A stretch of 64,000 bases of DNA from Arenicellales bacterium (GCA_963422685.1 OY730442.1:2317839-2381838), one strand, 5' to 3'; shown: positions 1 to 10,666, numbered from the stretch's first letter. The notes: generated by a model not told the origin, from the letters alone. Translations and numbers: made by a program.

Positions 1-35
1 AATTATTAATAATTTGATAATTCGTCAACACGACC
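1..35. mobile_element. Right end of a MITE (second copy of the element at 29745-29975), truncated by the window edge
   Basis: Positions 1-37 are identical to 29941-29977, including the terminal inverted repeat ATTCGTCAACACGACC followed by TA. Confidence 0.8.
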
Positions 36-37
36 TA

Positions 38-137
38 ATCCACCTTCAGCGTCAGCTTTTTTGCGGTCTTGTTGTCTTCAATGCCAAAGCGGATAGCCTC
101 CTCGGCGCCAGTCGGTATGTTTGATAGCTGTGCGCGG
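38..137 (-). pseudogene. Start-less divergent copy of the 3' end of the adjacent pilin gene
   Basis: Translates as RAQLSNIPTGAEEAIRFGIEDNKTAKKLTLKVD*, against RGQISNIPDDAE-TIRFGVTNDKAAKKLTLKVDK in the CDS (nt 192-288). Confidence 0.8.
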
Positions 138-164
138 CGCGGTTTATGCTATATGCTTTTGTTC

Positions 165-752
165 TCACTGGATTTCGATTCTGGCGTATTTATCCACCTT
201 CAGCGTCAGTTTCTTTGCGGCTTTGTCGTTTGTAACACCAAAGCGAATAGTCTCGGCGTCATCCGGTATGTTTGATATCTGTCCGCGCGCATCAAAATGC
301 AGCTTCAGCGCCGTGGGGACGCTTTTGATTTGTGGTATCAGCGTCACCCCGGTGCTGCCCTGGGCCCTGAGTATGGGTTCATTCGGGCACTGGGCCGGGG
401 GGGGTGAGACGGTGATACGCCGTATGTGGTTGTCATCACAATCCAGAAAGGCAACCCAGCCGTCGTTCCATTTTTTTTGGTTGGTGCGGCATAAGTCGGC
501 GTCCTTGCTGGCGCATATCACGGCTTGCTGTGAAGACGCCCGCGCCGCGCCGCGCGTCAGCCGGATGGTGCTGCTCAGCGCCTCGGCGGTTTTGTCGATG
601 CGGGCATTGCCTAAAAATCCGATAAAGGCCGGCGTGACCAGGCCGGCGATAACGCCAATGACAACTAGTACGATCATGACCTCAATCAGAGTAAACCCGG
701 ACAGGCCCAACGATGAATTTGCAGGTTTTGTATCAGGCATATTCTGTGGCAT
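165..752 (-). CDS. FimT/GspH-family type IV minor pilin / pseudopilin
   Basis: Prepilin cleavage/methylation motif G|FTLIEVMIVLVVIG; VICAS...C...W..GW..F pattern typical of FimT. The start could be 752 or 740. Confidence 0.8.
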   Translation of the reverse strand: MPQNMPDTKPANSSLGLSGFTLIEVMIVLVVIGVIAGLVTPAFIGFLGNARIDKTAEALSSTIRLTRGAARASSQQAVICASKDADLCRTNQKKWNDGWVAFLDCDDNHIRRITVSPPPAQCPNEPILRAQGSTGVTLIPQIKSVPTALKLHFDARGQISNIPDDAETIRFGVTNDKAAKKLTLKVDKYARIEIQ

Positions 753-894
753 AGACGGTGGATATTCCCGTGCCGTTTCGCACAAAAATTGTATCCCATG
801 GGTATGGATGCAAAGGTTTCAATTTGTAACAATATTTGTAAAACCAGGGATTCGCCTGCCAACCCATATTCCCCGAATATGCCCGGATATGACC

Positions 895-923
895 TAGACC
901 GCAAAACCAGGCACCCCTATAAT
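895..923 (+). promoter_or_regulatory. Sigma70-like promoter for tRNA-Thr
   Basis: TAGACC (895-900), 17-bp spacer, TATAAT (918-923), 17 nt upstream of the tRNA. Confidence 0.6.
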
Positions 924-940
924 CCAATTCTACAGGCCAT

Positions 941-1017
<77 letters not shown>

Positions 1018-1580
1018 TTTCACCGGCCGGCGGCCAGGCACCGGGGCCTGTCCCTACGTTTTGGCACGGTGCGTATTCCGGGCCGCCTCTTTCCGGCACT
1101 ATTTCACTGGTCGGCGGCCAGGCGCGATTGTAATATATTTTGCAGGTCGTCAACGAGTTGCACCGATGCACGATATCCGACAACAACAACATAACGTAGG
1201 GACAACCCCCCGTGGTTGTCCGGGCCAGGCACCGGGGCCTGGCCCTACGTTTTGGCACGGTGCGTATTCCGGGCCGCCTCTTTCCGGCACTATTTCACCG
1301 GTCGGCGGCCAGGCGTGGTTGTAATATATTTTGCGAGTCGTCAACGAGTTGTCCGGGCCAGGCACCGGGGCCTGTCCCTACGTTTTGGCACGGTGCGTAT
1401 TCCGGGCCGCCTCTTTCCGGCACTATTTCACTGGTCGGCGGCCAGGCGCGATTGTAATATATTTTGCAGGTCGTCAACGAGTTGCACCGATGCACGATAT
1501 CCGACAACAACAACAACATAACGTAGGGACAACCCTCCGTGGTTGTCCGGGACAGGCCCCGGGGCCTGTCCCTACGGTTG
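1018..1580. repeat. Tandem chimeric repeat of about three units (tRNA 3' end + RAYT gene fragment + GTAG-REP hairpins)
   Basis: Units at about 1035-1225, 1226-1358 (internally deleted) and 1359-1576; REP doublets at about 1195-1249 and 1522-1576. Confidence 0.85.
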
Positions 1581-1594
1581 GGGCCGTTTTTCCA

Positions 1595-3748
1595 TCAGCC
1601 GGCAGACAGGAACTGCTGCACCTTGTGCAGCGCCACAATGCTTTTGGCGTCATCCATCTCTCCCGAGGCGATCATGGCTTCTGCCGCGCACATTCCGAAC
1701 CAGTGAATTTCAATGAATTCATGGGCTTCATGGGCCGGCTCACCGGCGGCCAGGTCGGTGGCCAGATAGATATGCAGTCTTTCATCGCAGAACCCCGGTG
1801 TGGTCAGGGTTGATCCCAGGGATTCCCATTGGTGCGCGGTAAATCCCGTTTCTTCTCTGAGCTCGCGCCGGGCGGCGGCCAGCGGGCTTTCATGCGCGGC
1901 CAGCGTCCCGGCAGGAAATTCCCAGATCCAGCCGCCTGCGGCAGGTCGAAACTGCCTGAGCACGCAAATCCGGCGGCTGTCATCTATGGCGACGATGACC
2001 GTCCCACCGGGGTGGCGAACTACTTCGGCGGCCATGAGCTCACCATTGGGCGATCGGGTCGTTTCCAGCCCAAAGTCCACCACGTGGCCAGCATAGATGG
2101 TGCGGCGATTTGGTTCATTCGCGAAGGTGATCAGGGACGGCGCATAGCCCCGGGGTGCATGATAGCCGAGTAAATTGAAAACCGTGGCCGCCACGTTGGC
2201 CAGGCCGCCGTCCATGCCGTGATTCAGTTGATATGCCGGGTCACTGGCACTGTCGACGATGACGAATGGCACCGGATTCAGCGAATGGGAAGTGCGCACA
2301 ACTTTATTGCCAGCCTTTTCCACGAACATTTCTTCGGCGTTGCCGTGGTCTGCGGTGAGGATCAAAAGGCCGTTATACCGTTGAATGCACTCGACTAACC
2401 GCCCAAGACAGGTGTCCACGCAGGCCAGGGATTGAACCGTGGCGGCAATGTCCCCGGTATGCCCCACCATATCGCCATTGGCGAAATTTATTCTGCCGAA
2501 GTCGTATTTCCCGGATTCGATCAATTCGATGGTGGCGTCGGTGATTTCCACGGCCTTCATTTCCGGCGCCTGGTTGAATTCACAGTTATCGGACGGGATT
2601 TCCACATAGGTTTCCAGCGATGGGTCAATGCAGCCGGAACGATTGCCGTTCCAGAAATAGGTGACATGCCCGAATTTCTGGGTTTCGCTTACAACGAACG
2701 TGCGCAGGCCGGCTGCGCACATATATTCGCTCATGGTACGGTCGATTACCGGCGGATTGACCAGATAGTTTTCCGGTACATGCAGGTCGCCGTCGTATTG
2801 CAGCAGGCCGCAAAAATACACATCGGGATACGCGCCGCGGTCAAATTCGGCAAATTCCGGATCTGACATCGCCCGGGATATTTCAATTGCCCGGTCGCCG
2901 CGAAAATTAAACAGAACCACGCCATCGCCCGCTGCCATTTTCCCCACCGGGCCATGCTTGTCAACCACCACGAACGGCGCAAGATACTGGTCGGAAAGGT
3001 TCGGGTCGGCATGATATTGCCGCCTCACTTCTTCCAGTGCGCTAGCGGTTTCCGAACCGATTCCAGCGACATTCGCCAAAACATGGGTGTCGAATCCCCG
3101 CTTTACCATGTCCCAGTCCGCTGCGTATCTATCCATGGTAATGGCCATGCGGCCGCCGCCAGAGGCAATTCGATAATTAAAACGCCCGGTTTGATTGATC
3201 TGATCCAGCATGTCCTGAAGCTGGCCGATATAGACCGGGGCGGACCTGGGCGCCACGTCACGACCGTCCAGCAATACATGGATGCATACCGACGGGATTG
3301 CGGCTTCCTGGCAGCGGTTGAGCAGTTGCAGCAAATGATCGATATGCGAATGGACGTTGCCGTCGGACAGCAAGCCGAGAAAGTGGATGGTGTTGCCATG
3401 TTTGCCGCGACATTCGATTTCCTGCCAGCACTCGCTTGTATAGAGGCGGCCGCTGGCAAATGCCGCGTTGACCAGTTTTGCACCCTGGTCAACTATGCGT
3501 CCGCAGCCCAGGGTGTTGTGCCCCACTTCACTGTTACCCATATCAGTATCCTCAGGCAGGCCGACATGGGTGCCGTGGGCATGCAGCCGGGTGCTTGAAC
3601 CGGATTGCAGTAATCCATCAATGACTGGCGTTTTGGCCAAAAACAATGCGTTGGCCGGGCCGTCTTCAGCCAGTCCCACACCATCGGCCACCACCAGCAA
3701 CAACGGGCCTTTTCTGCCTTTGAATGTGACCAGTTTCGTCAGTTGCAT
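1595..3748 (-). CDS. gpmI: 2,3-bisphosphoglycerate-independent phosphoglycerate mutase fused to a C-terminal Nudix hydrolase (ADP-ribose pyrophosphatase-like)
   Basis: iPGM motifs DGVG, GNSEVGH, SDGNVHSH, NFRGDRA, ETQKFGHVT, NGDMVGH, TADHGN; Nudix box GTLAAHESPLAAARRELREETG in the last ~170 aa. Confidence 0.9.
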   Translation of the reverse strand: MQLTKLVTFKGRKGPLLLVVADGVGLAEDGPANALFLAKTPVIDGLLQSGSSTRLHAHGTHVGLPEDTDMGNSEVGHNTLGCGRIVDQGAKLVNAAFASGRLYTSECWQEIECRGKHGNTIHFLGLLSDGNVHSHIDHLLQLLNRCQEAAIPSVCIHVLLDGRDVAPRSAPVYIGQLQDMLDQINQTGRFNYRIASGGGRMAITMDRYAADWDMVKRGFDTHVLANVAGIGSETASALEEVRRQYHADPNLSDQYLAPFVVVDKHGPVGKMAAGDGVVLFNFRGDRAIEISRAMSDPEFAEFDRGAYPDVYFCGLLQYDGDLHVPENYLVNPPVIDRTMSEYMCAAGLRTFVVSETQKFGHVTYFWNGNRSGCIDPSLETYVEIPSDNCEFNQAPEMKAVEITDATIELIESGKYDFGRINFANGDMVGHTGDIAATVQSLACVDTCLGRLVECIQRYNGLLILTADHGNAEEMFVEKAGNKVVRTSHSLNPVPFVIVDSASDPAYQLNHGMDGGLANVAATVFNLLGYHAPRGYAPSLITFANEPNRRTIYAGHVVDFGLETTRSPNGELMAAEVVRHPGGTVIVAIDDSRRICVLRQFRPAAGGWIWEFPAGTLAAHESPLAAARRELREETGFTAHQWESLGSTLTTPGFCDERLHIYLATDLAAGEPAHEAHEFIEIHWFGMCAAEAMIASGEMDDAKSIVALHKVQQFLSAG

Positions 3749-3767
3749 GGTGATATGACCCGGGGGT

Positions 3768-4400
3768 TCAGGCTGGTTTATAGTTCATCCGGCGTATTGA
3801 CAACGGCGCCAGTGACAGCAATTGTCGGCGCAGCGCCTGCAGTGCTTTACCGCGATGGCTGTGTTGATTTTTAATCGCTGGTGAAAGTTCGGCTGCGGTG
3901 CAGCCCAGTTCGGGGACGTCGAACACCGCATCATAACCGAAGCCATTGGCGCCAGCGGCCGACTCGGCGATTCGGCCCGGCCAGACGCCGTGGCAGATGA
4001 TCGGCGCGGGATCGTCGGCCGTCTTTACCATGGCAATGACACAATGAAAACGCGCACCGCGTTTTGCTGTGGCCACGCCATCAAGTGCACCCAGCAGCTT
4101 GTCGATATTATCCCGGTCGGTGGCGGATGCTCCGGCATATCGCGCAGAATAGATGCCGGGTTTGCCGCCGAGATAGTCCACTTCCAGCCCGGAATCATCG
4201 GCGATTGCGGCCAGGCCGGAATGCAGGCTGGCATGGCGGGCTTTGATCAGCGCATTTTCGACGAAACTGCTGCCATTTTCATCGGCGTCAGCGATACCGT
4301 ATTCAGACTGGGCGGAAATTTTATAATCCGAATCGCTTAACAGGGCCTGGAGCTCTTTGAGTTTGCCCGGATTCCCGGTGGCGAGAATGATCTTCATCAT
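3768..4400 (-). CDS. rdgB: dITP/XTP pyrophosphatase
   Basis: LATGNPGKLKE, ENALIKAR, DDSGL, PGIYSARY, FGYD and SHRGKAL motifs. Confidence 0.95.
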   Translation of the reverse strand: MMKIILATGNPGKLKELQALLSDSDYKISAQSEYGIADADENGSSFVENALIKARHASLHSGLAAIADDSGLEVDYLGGKPGIYSARYAGASATDRDNIDKLLGALDGVATAKRGARFHCVIAMVKTADDPAPIICHGVWPGRIAESAAGANGFGYDAVFDVPELGCTAAELSPAIKNQHSHRGKALQALRRQLLSLAPLSIRRMNYKPA

Positions 4401-4415
4401 CAGCAAACAGCGGTT

Positions 4416-5165
4416 TTACGGCAGCGCAAATCCGGTTCGCCGCGAATTGTTTTGCAGGCTGATGCGCTGCGTTGCAAACAAACACCGGCAGGCGCGATGG
4501 GCATGATCCAGCATTTCATTCATAACCGCCCGGGAGAAAGGCGTACCTTCCGCAGTGCCCTGAATTTCGACATAGCCGCCATGGTCGTCCATCACTACAT
4601 TCATATCGGTCCCGGCATCGCTGTCTTCGGCATAATCCAGGTCGGTCACCACCTGGCCTTTATAAACACCGACGGATACGGATGCAATCGCGCGATGCAG
4701 CGGATTTTTTTTGATCCGGCCATCGGCAATCATCCGGTTCACTGCATCAACCAATGCCACATACGCGCCGGTTATTGATGCGGTGCGGGTGCCACCATCG
4801 GCCTGCAGCACATCGCAGTCCATGGTTATGGTGCGTTCGCCCAGTAATCTGGTATTAATCGCGGCGCGAAGAGAACGGCCTATTAATCGCTGTATCTCCA
4901 GGGTGCGCCCGGATTGTTTGCCGCGGGTGGACTCTCTGGCCGTGCGTGTGCTGGTTGCGCGGGGCAGCATACTGTATTCCGCCGTGAGCCATCCCTGTCT
5001 GGAATTCCGTAAAAAATGCGGAACCCGGTCTTCGACGCTGGCGTTGCAAAGCACCCGGGTATCACCAAAACAAACCAGAACCGAACCTTCGGCATGTTGG
5101 GTGTAATGGCGAATAATACTGACCGGACGCATTTCGTCCAGACCACGGTTGCCGGGGCGGGTCAT
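4416..5165 (-). CDS. rph: Ribonuclease PH
   Basis: [53 protein letters not shown]; start placed at MTRPGNR. Confidence 0.95.
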   Translation of the reverse strand: MTRPGNRGLDEMRPVSIIRHYTQHAEGSVLVCFGDTRVLCNASVEDRVPHFLRNSRQGWLTAEYSMLPRATSTRTARESTRGKQSGRTLEIQRLIGRSLRAAINTRLLGERTITMDCDVLQADGGTRTASITGAYVALVDAVNRMIADGRIKKNPLHRAIASVSVGVYKGQVVTDLDYAEDSDAGTDMNVVMDDHGGYVEIQGTAEGTPFSRAVMNEMLDHAHRACRCLFATQRISLQNNSRRTGFALP

Positions 5166-5339
5166 TGGCGCATTAAAATTCAGTAAAGGGCCGGGAATTA
5201 TACATGACACAGCTTTGTTATCGTGATCGCCAGGGTCGAAAGCAGTGCCCCGGAACGGCTGCCGTGCATTTTCCGCAAGAACAGCGAAAGTTTGTGCGCC
5301 TGTTGGTCAGGCGGGACATCATACGATCTGTTACGGCGG

Positions 5340-5840
5340 CTAAAACTTCTTCTGATACATAACGCCGCTGTGATATCTGCCAAACTTTCTCCCGACTTCA
5401 TCGAACCTTCCAACCGGCCTGAACCCCAGCCGTTCGTGCAAATCAATTGACGCCGGGTTCGGCAGGGTAATGAACGCATACGCCCGGTGAATATCTTCTG
5501 CGGCAATCCGGTCCAGCAAGGCACTATACAGCTTTCCTCCGCGGCCAGCCGGTTTTACCTCATGTGCAATGTAAACCGTGGTTTCCGTAGAGCTGTCGTA
5601 GGCGCCCTTGGGCTTAAACCGGGTGTTACAGGCAAATCCGCTAATCCTGTCACTATCCTGGCCAACCAGTATTTTGTACGGCGAGCCGGGGAGGTTAAAC
5701 GTGCCAATCCATTCGGTGCGCCGCGCCAGGCTCCATGGTTCCGTATCAAAATTTACCGCGGTATTTTCGATATACCAGTTGGCGATGGTATTAATTGCCC
5801 CGGCATCTTCAATGGTGCCGTTACGGATATGAAAATCCAC
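5340..5840 (-). CDS. GNAT acetyltransferase, phosphinothricin acetyltransferase (Pat/YncA) family
   Basis: TAVNFDTEP, ETTVYI, GRGGKLY, NPASIDLHERLGF, VGRKFGRY. Confidence 0.85.
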   Translation of the reverse strand: MDFHIRNGTIEDAGAINTIANWYIENTAVNFDTEPWSLARRTEWIGTFNLPGSPYKILVGQDSDRISGFACNTRFKPKGAYDSSTETTVYIAHEVKPAGRGGKLYSALLDRIAAEDIHRAYAFITLPNPASIDLHERLGFRPVGRFDEVGRKFGRYHSGVMYQKKF

Positions 5841-5905
5841 TGGATTATTTCACTATTGGTGAATACTGCGCCGCAGTCGCAGCGGGAAAACCGGTCTCAC
5901 CGTCC

Positions 5906-6868
5906 TTAACATTCGCGACTACAGGCAATCAGGTTAATCATCTCAAACGCGATGGTCGCCGCCGCCAGGGCCGTAATCTCGGCATGATCGTAGGCCGGCG
6001 CAACTTCGACAATATCTGCCGCGATCAAATTTAATCCCTGCAAGCCGCGAATAATGTTGAGCAGTTCCCGGCTGGAAAGTCCGGCAATCTCCGGTGTGCC
6101 GGTGCCGGGTGCATGGGCCGGGTCCAGCACATCAATGTCGATGGATAAATATAATGGATGGTCGCCCACCCGGTCGCGAATGCGTTTAACCACATGCTCC
6201 ACGCCGTGGGTTTGCAATTCATCGCAGTGCACCACCTTGAACCCCAGCGCTGCGTCCCGGATCAGGTCTTCCCGGCTGTAAAGCGGGCCGCGTATGCCGA
6301 CGTGCATGGAGGCGGCATCATTAAACAATCCTTCTTCGGCGGCCCGACGGAAGGGTGTGCCGTGGGTATAGGGCGCACCAAAATAGGTGTCCCAGGTATC
6401 AAGATGGGCGTCAAAATGCACCAGTGCCACCGGCCCGACCTGTTTGTTCACGGCGCGCAACAAGGGTACCGCGATCGTGTGATCCCCACCCAGGCTGACA
6501 ATGGCGGCGGATTTGGCCAATAAATCCGCGGCCGCCGTCTCGATTTGCGCAATGGCTTGTTCGATATTGTAGGGATTGCAGCCGACATCACCTGCATCGG
6601 CCACTTGTAACTGTCGGAACGGCTCGACGGCGTAAGCCGGATGAAAATTGGTGCGTAAATGACGGGAAGCCTGACGAATCGCCTGGGGCCCAAACCGTGC
6701 GCCCGGTCGATAACTAGTGCCCGAATCAAACGGAATCCCCAGCACCGCGACATCGCAACGGGGAACGTCCCGCAGTTCTGGTAATCGGCAAAAAGTCGAC
6801 GGTCCTGCGTAACGGGGAATTATCGTCCCGCTGACGGGCTCAATGGGAGGTGATTTTTTATCATTCAT
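5906..6868 (-). CDS. speB: Agmatinase (ureohydrolase family)
   Basis: GGDHTI, DAHLD, HGTPFRRA, SIDIDVLDPAHAPGTGTPE. Confidence 0.85.
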   Translation of the reverse strand: MNDKKSPPIEPVSGTIIPRYAGPSTFCRLPELRDVPRCDVAVLGIPFDSGTSYRPGARFGPQAIRQASRHLRTNFHPAYAVEPFRQLQVADAGDVGCNPYNIEQAIAQIETAAADLLAKSAAIVSLGGDHTIAVPLLRAVNKQVGPVALVHFDAHLDTWDTYFGAPYTHGTPFRRAAEEGLFNDAASMHVGIRGPLYSREDLIRDAALGFKVVHCDELQTHGVEHVVKRIRDRVGDHPLYLSIDIDVLDPAHAPGTGTPEIAGLSSRELLNIIRGLQGLNLIAADIVEVAPAYDHAEITALAAATIAFEMINLIACSREC

Positions 6869-6961
6869 AAATTTAATTCAGGGAGAAATTTACAGCTTTA
6901 AAACATCAATCTGCCAAACAATCGCTGCGCACCGGATGACAAATCCAATCATAGCCAGACA

Positions 6962-8197
6962 TCAAAACCGGGCAGGCAGAAATGCACTCGCCTCGGCATG
7001 GCGGGGTTTGCCGACCATTGCATTGGCGATCAACAGTCCGGTCTTCGGCCCAAGGGTCAGCCCCAGATGCCCATGACCAAAAGCCAGCCATAAATTATTA
7101 TGCCCGACCGCCGGCCCAATAATCGGCAGCGAATCTGGTGTACTCGGGCGATTCCCCATCCACGGTTCATCCAGAAGCTGTTCCTCCATCGGGAAAATAG
7201 CGTTAATCTGTGGAACCAGATGTAATATCTGCCTGAAGTTCGGCGGAATCTCCCGTGCCACCAGGTCCACTGCTGAAGTTACCCTTAACCCCATCTCCAT
7301 GGGCGTCATCACCAAACCATACCGGGTATCAATTATGCTGCGCCCCAGGGATTTGCCCGCAGCCGGCCGGTACAGCAGATGATAACCCCGTTCAATCGCC
7401 ATGGGCACTGTAACCCCGATGGTTGCGAGCAGGTCCGCCGACTGCGCCCCCATGGCGATAACGACCTCGTGCGCCTCCATCTCCCCGCTGTGCGTTGTCA
7501 CTTTCCAGCCGGATTCGACTTTGCGCAATTGTTGCGCGGTTGCGATGTGGAACCGGCCGCCCAATGAGCGAAAATAATCCGCATAGGCAAGGCACACCTT
7601 GCCGGGATTGGTGACCATCGGCGTACCCGTCAACCAGATTGCTTTGGCGTATTTTCTGGAAATATGTGGCTCCAGTTCCGCTATTTCTGCCGCGTCCAAA
7701 ACCGTATAGCGAATACCGCATTGAGCATAGTATTCGCGCTCGGTTCGAGTCTGGGCAAATTGCGCCCGGGAAGAATACAGCCGTAGCCAACCGGTGTCGC
7801 GAAAATACGTGTCAGCGCCACTTTGTTTCAGCAATTCCAGATGCAGGTCTACCGAATCATGCAGTAAATAACGCAGGGCATTCATCCCATGCTCAAAAGA
7901 ACGCGCATTGCAGCGGGATAAAAACCGCGCCAGGTTGGGCAGCAGTGAAAACAAGTGCGGCCAGTGCAGGTGAAATCGCGGGTCCCGGCCGGCCAAAAGT
8001 CCAGGCAGGTGCCTGAGAATCCCGAGGCTTTGATACGGTGCAATCGCGCTGTTGTTAAATACCCCCGCATTGCCGAAACTGGCCCCCCGGGCGGGCGGCT
8101 GCCGGTCAATCAGGGTCACCGCGAACCCGCTCCTGCGCAACGCCAATGCACAACAAATGCCGACTATGCCGGCACCGATAACAATGACTTTTTTCAT
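6962..8197 (-). CDS. FAD-dependent oxidoreductase, D-amino acid dehydrogenase (DadA-like)
   Basis: VIGAGIVG, ASFGNAG, ERGYH, GNRPSTPDSLPIIG, FGHGHLGLTLGP. Confidence 0.85.
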   Translation of the reverse strand: MKKVIVIGAGIVGICCALALRRSGFAVTLIDRQPPARGASFGNAGVFNNSAIAPYQSLGILRHLPGLLAGRDPRFHLHWPHLFSLLPNLARFLSRCNARSFEHGMNALRYLLHDSVDLHLELLKQSGADTYFRDTGWLRLYSSRAQFAQTRTEREYYAQCGIRYTVLDAAEIAELEPHISRKYAKAIWLTGTPMVTNPGKVCLAYADYFRSLGGRFHIATAQQLRKVESGWKVTTHSGEMEAHEVVIAMGAQSADLLATIGVTVPMAIERGYHLLYRPAAGKSLGRSIIDTRYGLVMTPMEMGLRVTSAVDLVAREIPPNFRQILHLVPQINAIFPMEEQLLDEPWMGNRPSTPDSLPIIGPAVGHNNLWLAFGHGHLGLTLGPKTGLLIANAMVGKPRHAEASAFLPARF

Positions 8198-8343
8198 GTG
8201 TCCGAAGAATACTTTTGCCGGTATTATAGACGCTTACCAACCGGTTTTTACTCTGGCTGCAACCAAAACCACGCCCGCGCCGACCAAACGATTCCTGTCA
8301 CTCAAAATATAACCAGACGACAAAAATATCGGCAGCGCCGGCC

Positions 8344-9102
8344 ATGGACATCTCCCTCATCCACGCAGTCGCGCTGGTCATCCTCGGCGTAATCGCCGGC
8401 ATAATCGGCACCCTGGCCGGCGGCGGATCGAACCTGACCCTGCCCGCGCTCATGGTGATGGGTATGCCCCCGGAAGTTGCCAACGCCACCAACCGGGTCG
8501 GCGTACTGCTGCGCTCGCTGGTCGGTCTCATAGGCTTCCACGCCAACAGCCGACTCGATACCCGGGACATCGGGCCGATACTGGCGCCCACACTAGTCGG
8601 TGGATTGGGCGGCGCGATATGCGCCGCGTTCGCCCCGATCTGGATAGTAAAGCCGCTGTTGCTCGGCGCCATGTTAACTATGTCGCTCGTCATATTGATC
8701 AAGCCCACGGTAATCTCCCCGCCGGAAGGCACCATTCCCAACCGGGTGAAATCCACACCGGCATCGTGGTGGGGCCTGGGTTTCGCCGGATTCTATGGCG
8801 GCCTGGTCGAAGCTGGCGTCGGCTTTATCCTGCTCGGTGCGCTGGCCGGCACCCTGCGCTATCCACTGGTAAACGCCATTGCATTAAAAATTCTGCTGAC
8901 CGTGGCTTTTACCGGTATCGCCCTTGTGGTATTCATTGCCCGGGATCAGGTGCTCTGGATGCCTGGCCTCATCCTCGCCACGGGCACCATGACGGGAGCG
9001 CATATTGCTGTAAAGATCGCAATCAAGGTCAAATCCGCTTGCCTGAAATGGTTTTTATTTGTGATGACCGTGTGCGGTTGCGTCGCGGCATGGCTAAAGT
9101 AA
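8344..9102 (+). CDS. TSUP (TauE/SafE) family membrane exporter
   Basis: AGIIGTLAGGGS, ANATNR, GFYGG, hydrophobic multi-TM profile. Confidence 0.85.
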   Translation: MDISLIHAVALVILGVIAGIIGTLAGGGSNLTLPALMVMGMPPEVANATNRVGVLLRSLVGLIGFHANSRLDTRDIGPILAPTLVGGLGGAICAAFAPIWIVKPLLLGAMLTMSLVILIKPTVISPPEGTIPNRVKSTPASWWGLGFAGFYGGLVEAGVGFILLGALAGTLRYPLVNAIALKILLTVAFTGIALVVFIARDQVLWMPGLILATGTMTGAHIAVKIAIKVKSACLKWFLFVMTVCGCVAAWLK

Positions 9103-9466
9103 CCTTCGGGGTCGGCTTGCGGCGGCCGCAAATAATTCATTGAACAAATCCGGCGTATGCCGTACCGCCCCTGTACCCCTGTGGCAGATTACCAAAAACC
9201 ACGCTTTAAAGTTATACTCGGCGTTCCTTGTAACCCCGGGTCATTTTAGCTACCATGCCGCCTTTTTTCAGGCCGGGAGACGGGCTTGCAGACATCCGGT
9301 CCGTTACCCGGTCGGTATAGATGGGTGCAATGATTTAGCCCTTTTATGTTAAAAAACTAATATTGATTCTGAAGTTTACGATTGATGCCAGAATTGCTGT
9401 GCGCCGCGCAACCCCTTTATATTTATACTTTAAATTTTTAAATTGTTGGCGAGGATGATAGTTTTA

Positions 9467-10618
9467 ATGAAGAAATTTCAGCGAATTCCCGGGGGCCTTG
9501 TCGCCGTTCTGCTGGGCCTGCTGCTGTGGGTGATTAGTTTCACTGCGGCTGCAGACTGGACGCTTAACCTTACCGAAGGGGTGACGGAAATCAGCCGTGA
9601 AGTTTATGGTATGCACATGATGGTGCTGTGGATATGTGTGGTTATCGGCATAATCGTGTTTGGCGCCATGGCCTGGAGCATTATTCATCATCGCAAATCC
9701 AAAGGCCATGCGCCGGCGGCTTTTCACGAAAGCATGAAAGCAGAAATGCTCTGGACAGTGGTGCCATTTGTGATTCTGGTGGCCATGGCAATACCGGCTG
9801 CAAAAACGCTGATTGTGATGGAAGATACCAGCGATGCCGAAGTGACCGTCAAAGTCACCGGACACCAGTGGAAATGGGAGTACGAATACCTGAACGAAGG
9901 TATCCGGTTTTTCAGCAACCTGCATGCCGACAGCAGAGAGGCGGCGGCGCTGCATTCAGGAATCCACCCGGCTTCGGTGGATAATTACCTGCTTGAAGTG
10001 GACAAGCGCCTGGTGCTGCCGGTTGGTAAAAAGATTCGCTTTCTGCTCACTGCGAGCGATGTTATTCATGCCTGGTGGATACCGGCATTTGCAGTCAAGA
10101 AGGACGCTATCCCGGGATTTATCAATGAAATGTGGACCAATATCGATAAAGAAGGCACTTATCGCGGGCAGTGTGCGGAGCTATGCGGCCGGGACCACGG
10201 GTTTATGCCCATCGTGGTTGATGCGGTGTCCGGGTCGGACTACGACGCTTGGGTGACGGCCGAACTTGCAGCGGCTGAAGCAGCCGCTAATTCCGCAGAT
10301 CGCGAATGGAGCATGGCTGAATTGATGGAAAGAGGTGAAAAAGTGTATGCAACCAGTTGTATTGCCTGTCATCAGGCCGATGGTCAGGGTATTGCGGGCG
10401 TGTTCCCCACCCTGGTCGCCAGCCCGGTTATATCCGGCGATATCGCCGCCCACATCGATATTGTCCTGAATGGCAAGGCGGGTACGGCGATGCAGGCATT
10501 TGGCCGTCAGCTTTCCGCCGCTGATCTTGCTTCGGTCATTACCTATGAGCGTAACGCATGGGGTAATGACCGGGGCGACAGTGTACAGCCGGGCGCCATT
10601 GACCAGATGATGAAATAA
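9467..10618 (+). CDS. coxB: Cytochrome c oxidase subunit II with a C-terminal cytochrome c domain
   Basis: DVIHAWW, CAELCGRDHGFMP CuA motif, CIACH heme motif; start uncertain (9443, 9455 or 9467). Confidence 0.95.
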   Translation: MKKFQRIPGGLVAVLLGLLLWVISFTAAADWTLNLTEGVTEISREVYGMHMMVLWICVVIGIIVFGAMAWSIIHHRKSKGHAPAAFHESMKAEMLWTVVPFVILVAMAIPAAKTLIVMEDTSDAEVTVKVTGHQWKWEYEYLNEGIRFFSNLHADSREAAALHSGIHPASVDNYLLEVDKRLVLPVGKKIRFLLTASDVIHAWWIPAFAVKKDAIPGFINEMWTNIDKEGTYRGQCAELCGRDHGFMPIVVDAVSGSDYDAWVTAELAAAEAAANSADREWSMAELMERGEKVYATSCIACHQADGQGIAGVFPTLVASPVISGDIAAHIDIVLNGKAGTAMQAFGRQLSAADLASVITYERNAWGNDRGDSVQPGAIDQMMK

Positions 10619-10666
10619 ACGTTTGGGCCTGCAATCAAAGAAAAGACTTTTTAGAGGAAACAGATA

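Noticed and set aside
38-290. Diversity-generating retroelement TR/VR pair at the pilin 3' end
   Set aside because: Differences include T/C, G/C and a codon indel and are not confined to adenines of one copy; there is no reverse transcriptase in the window.
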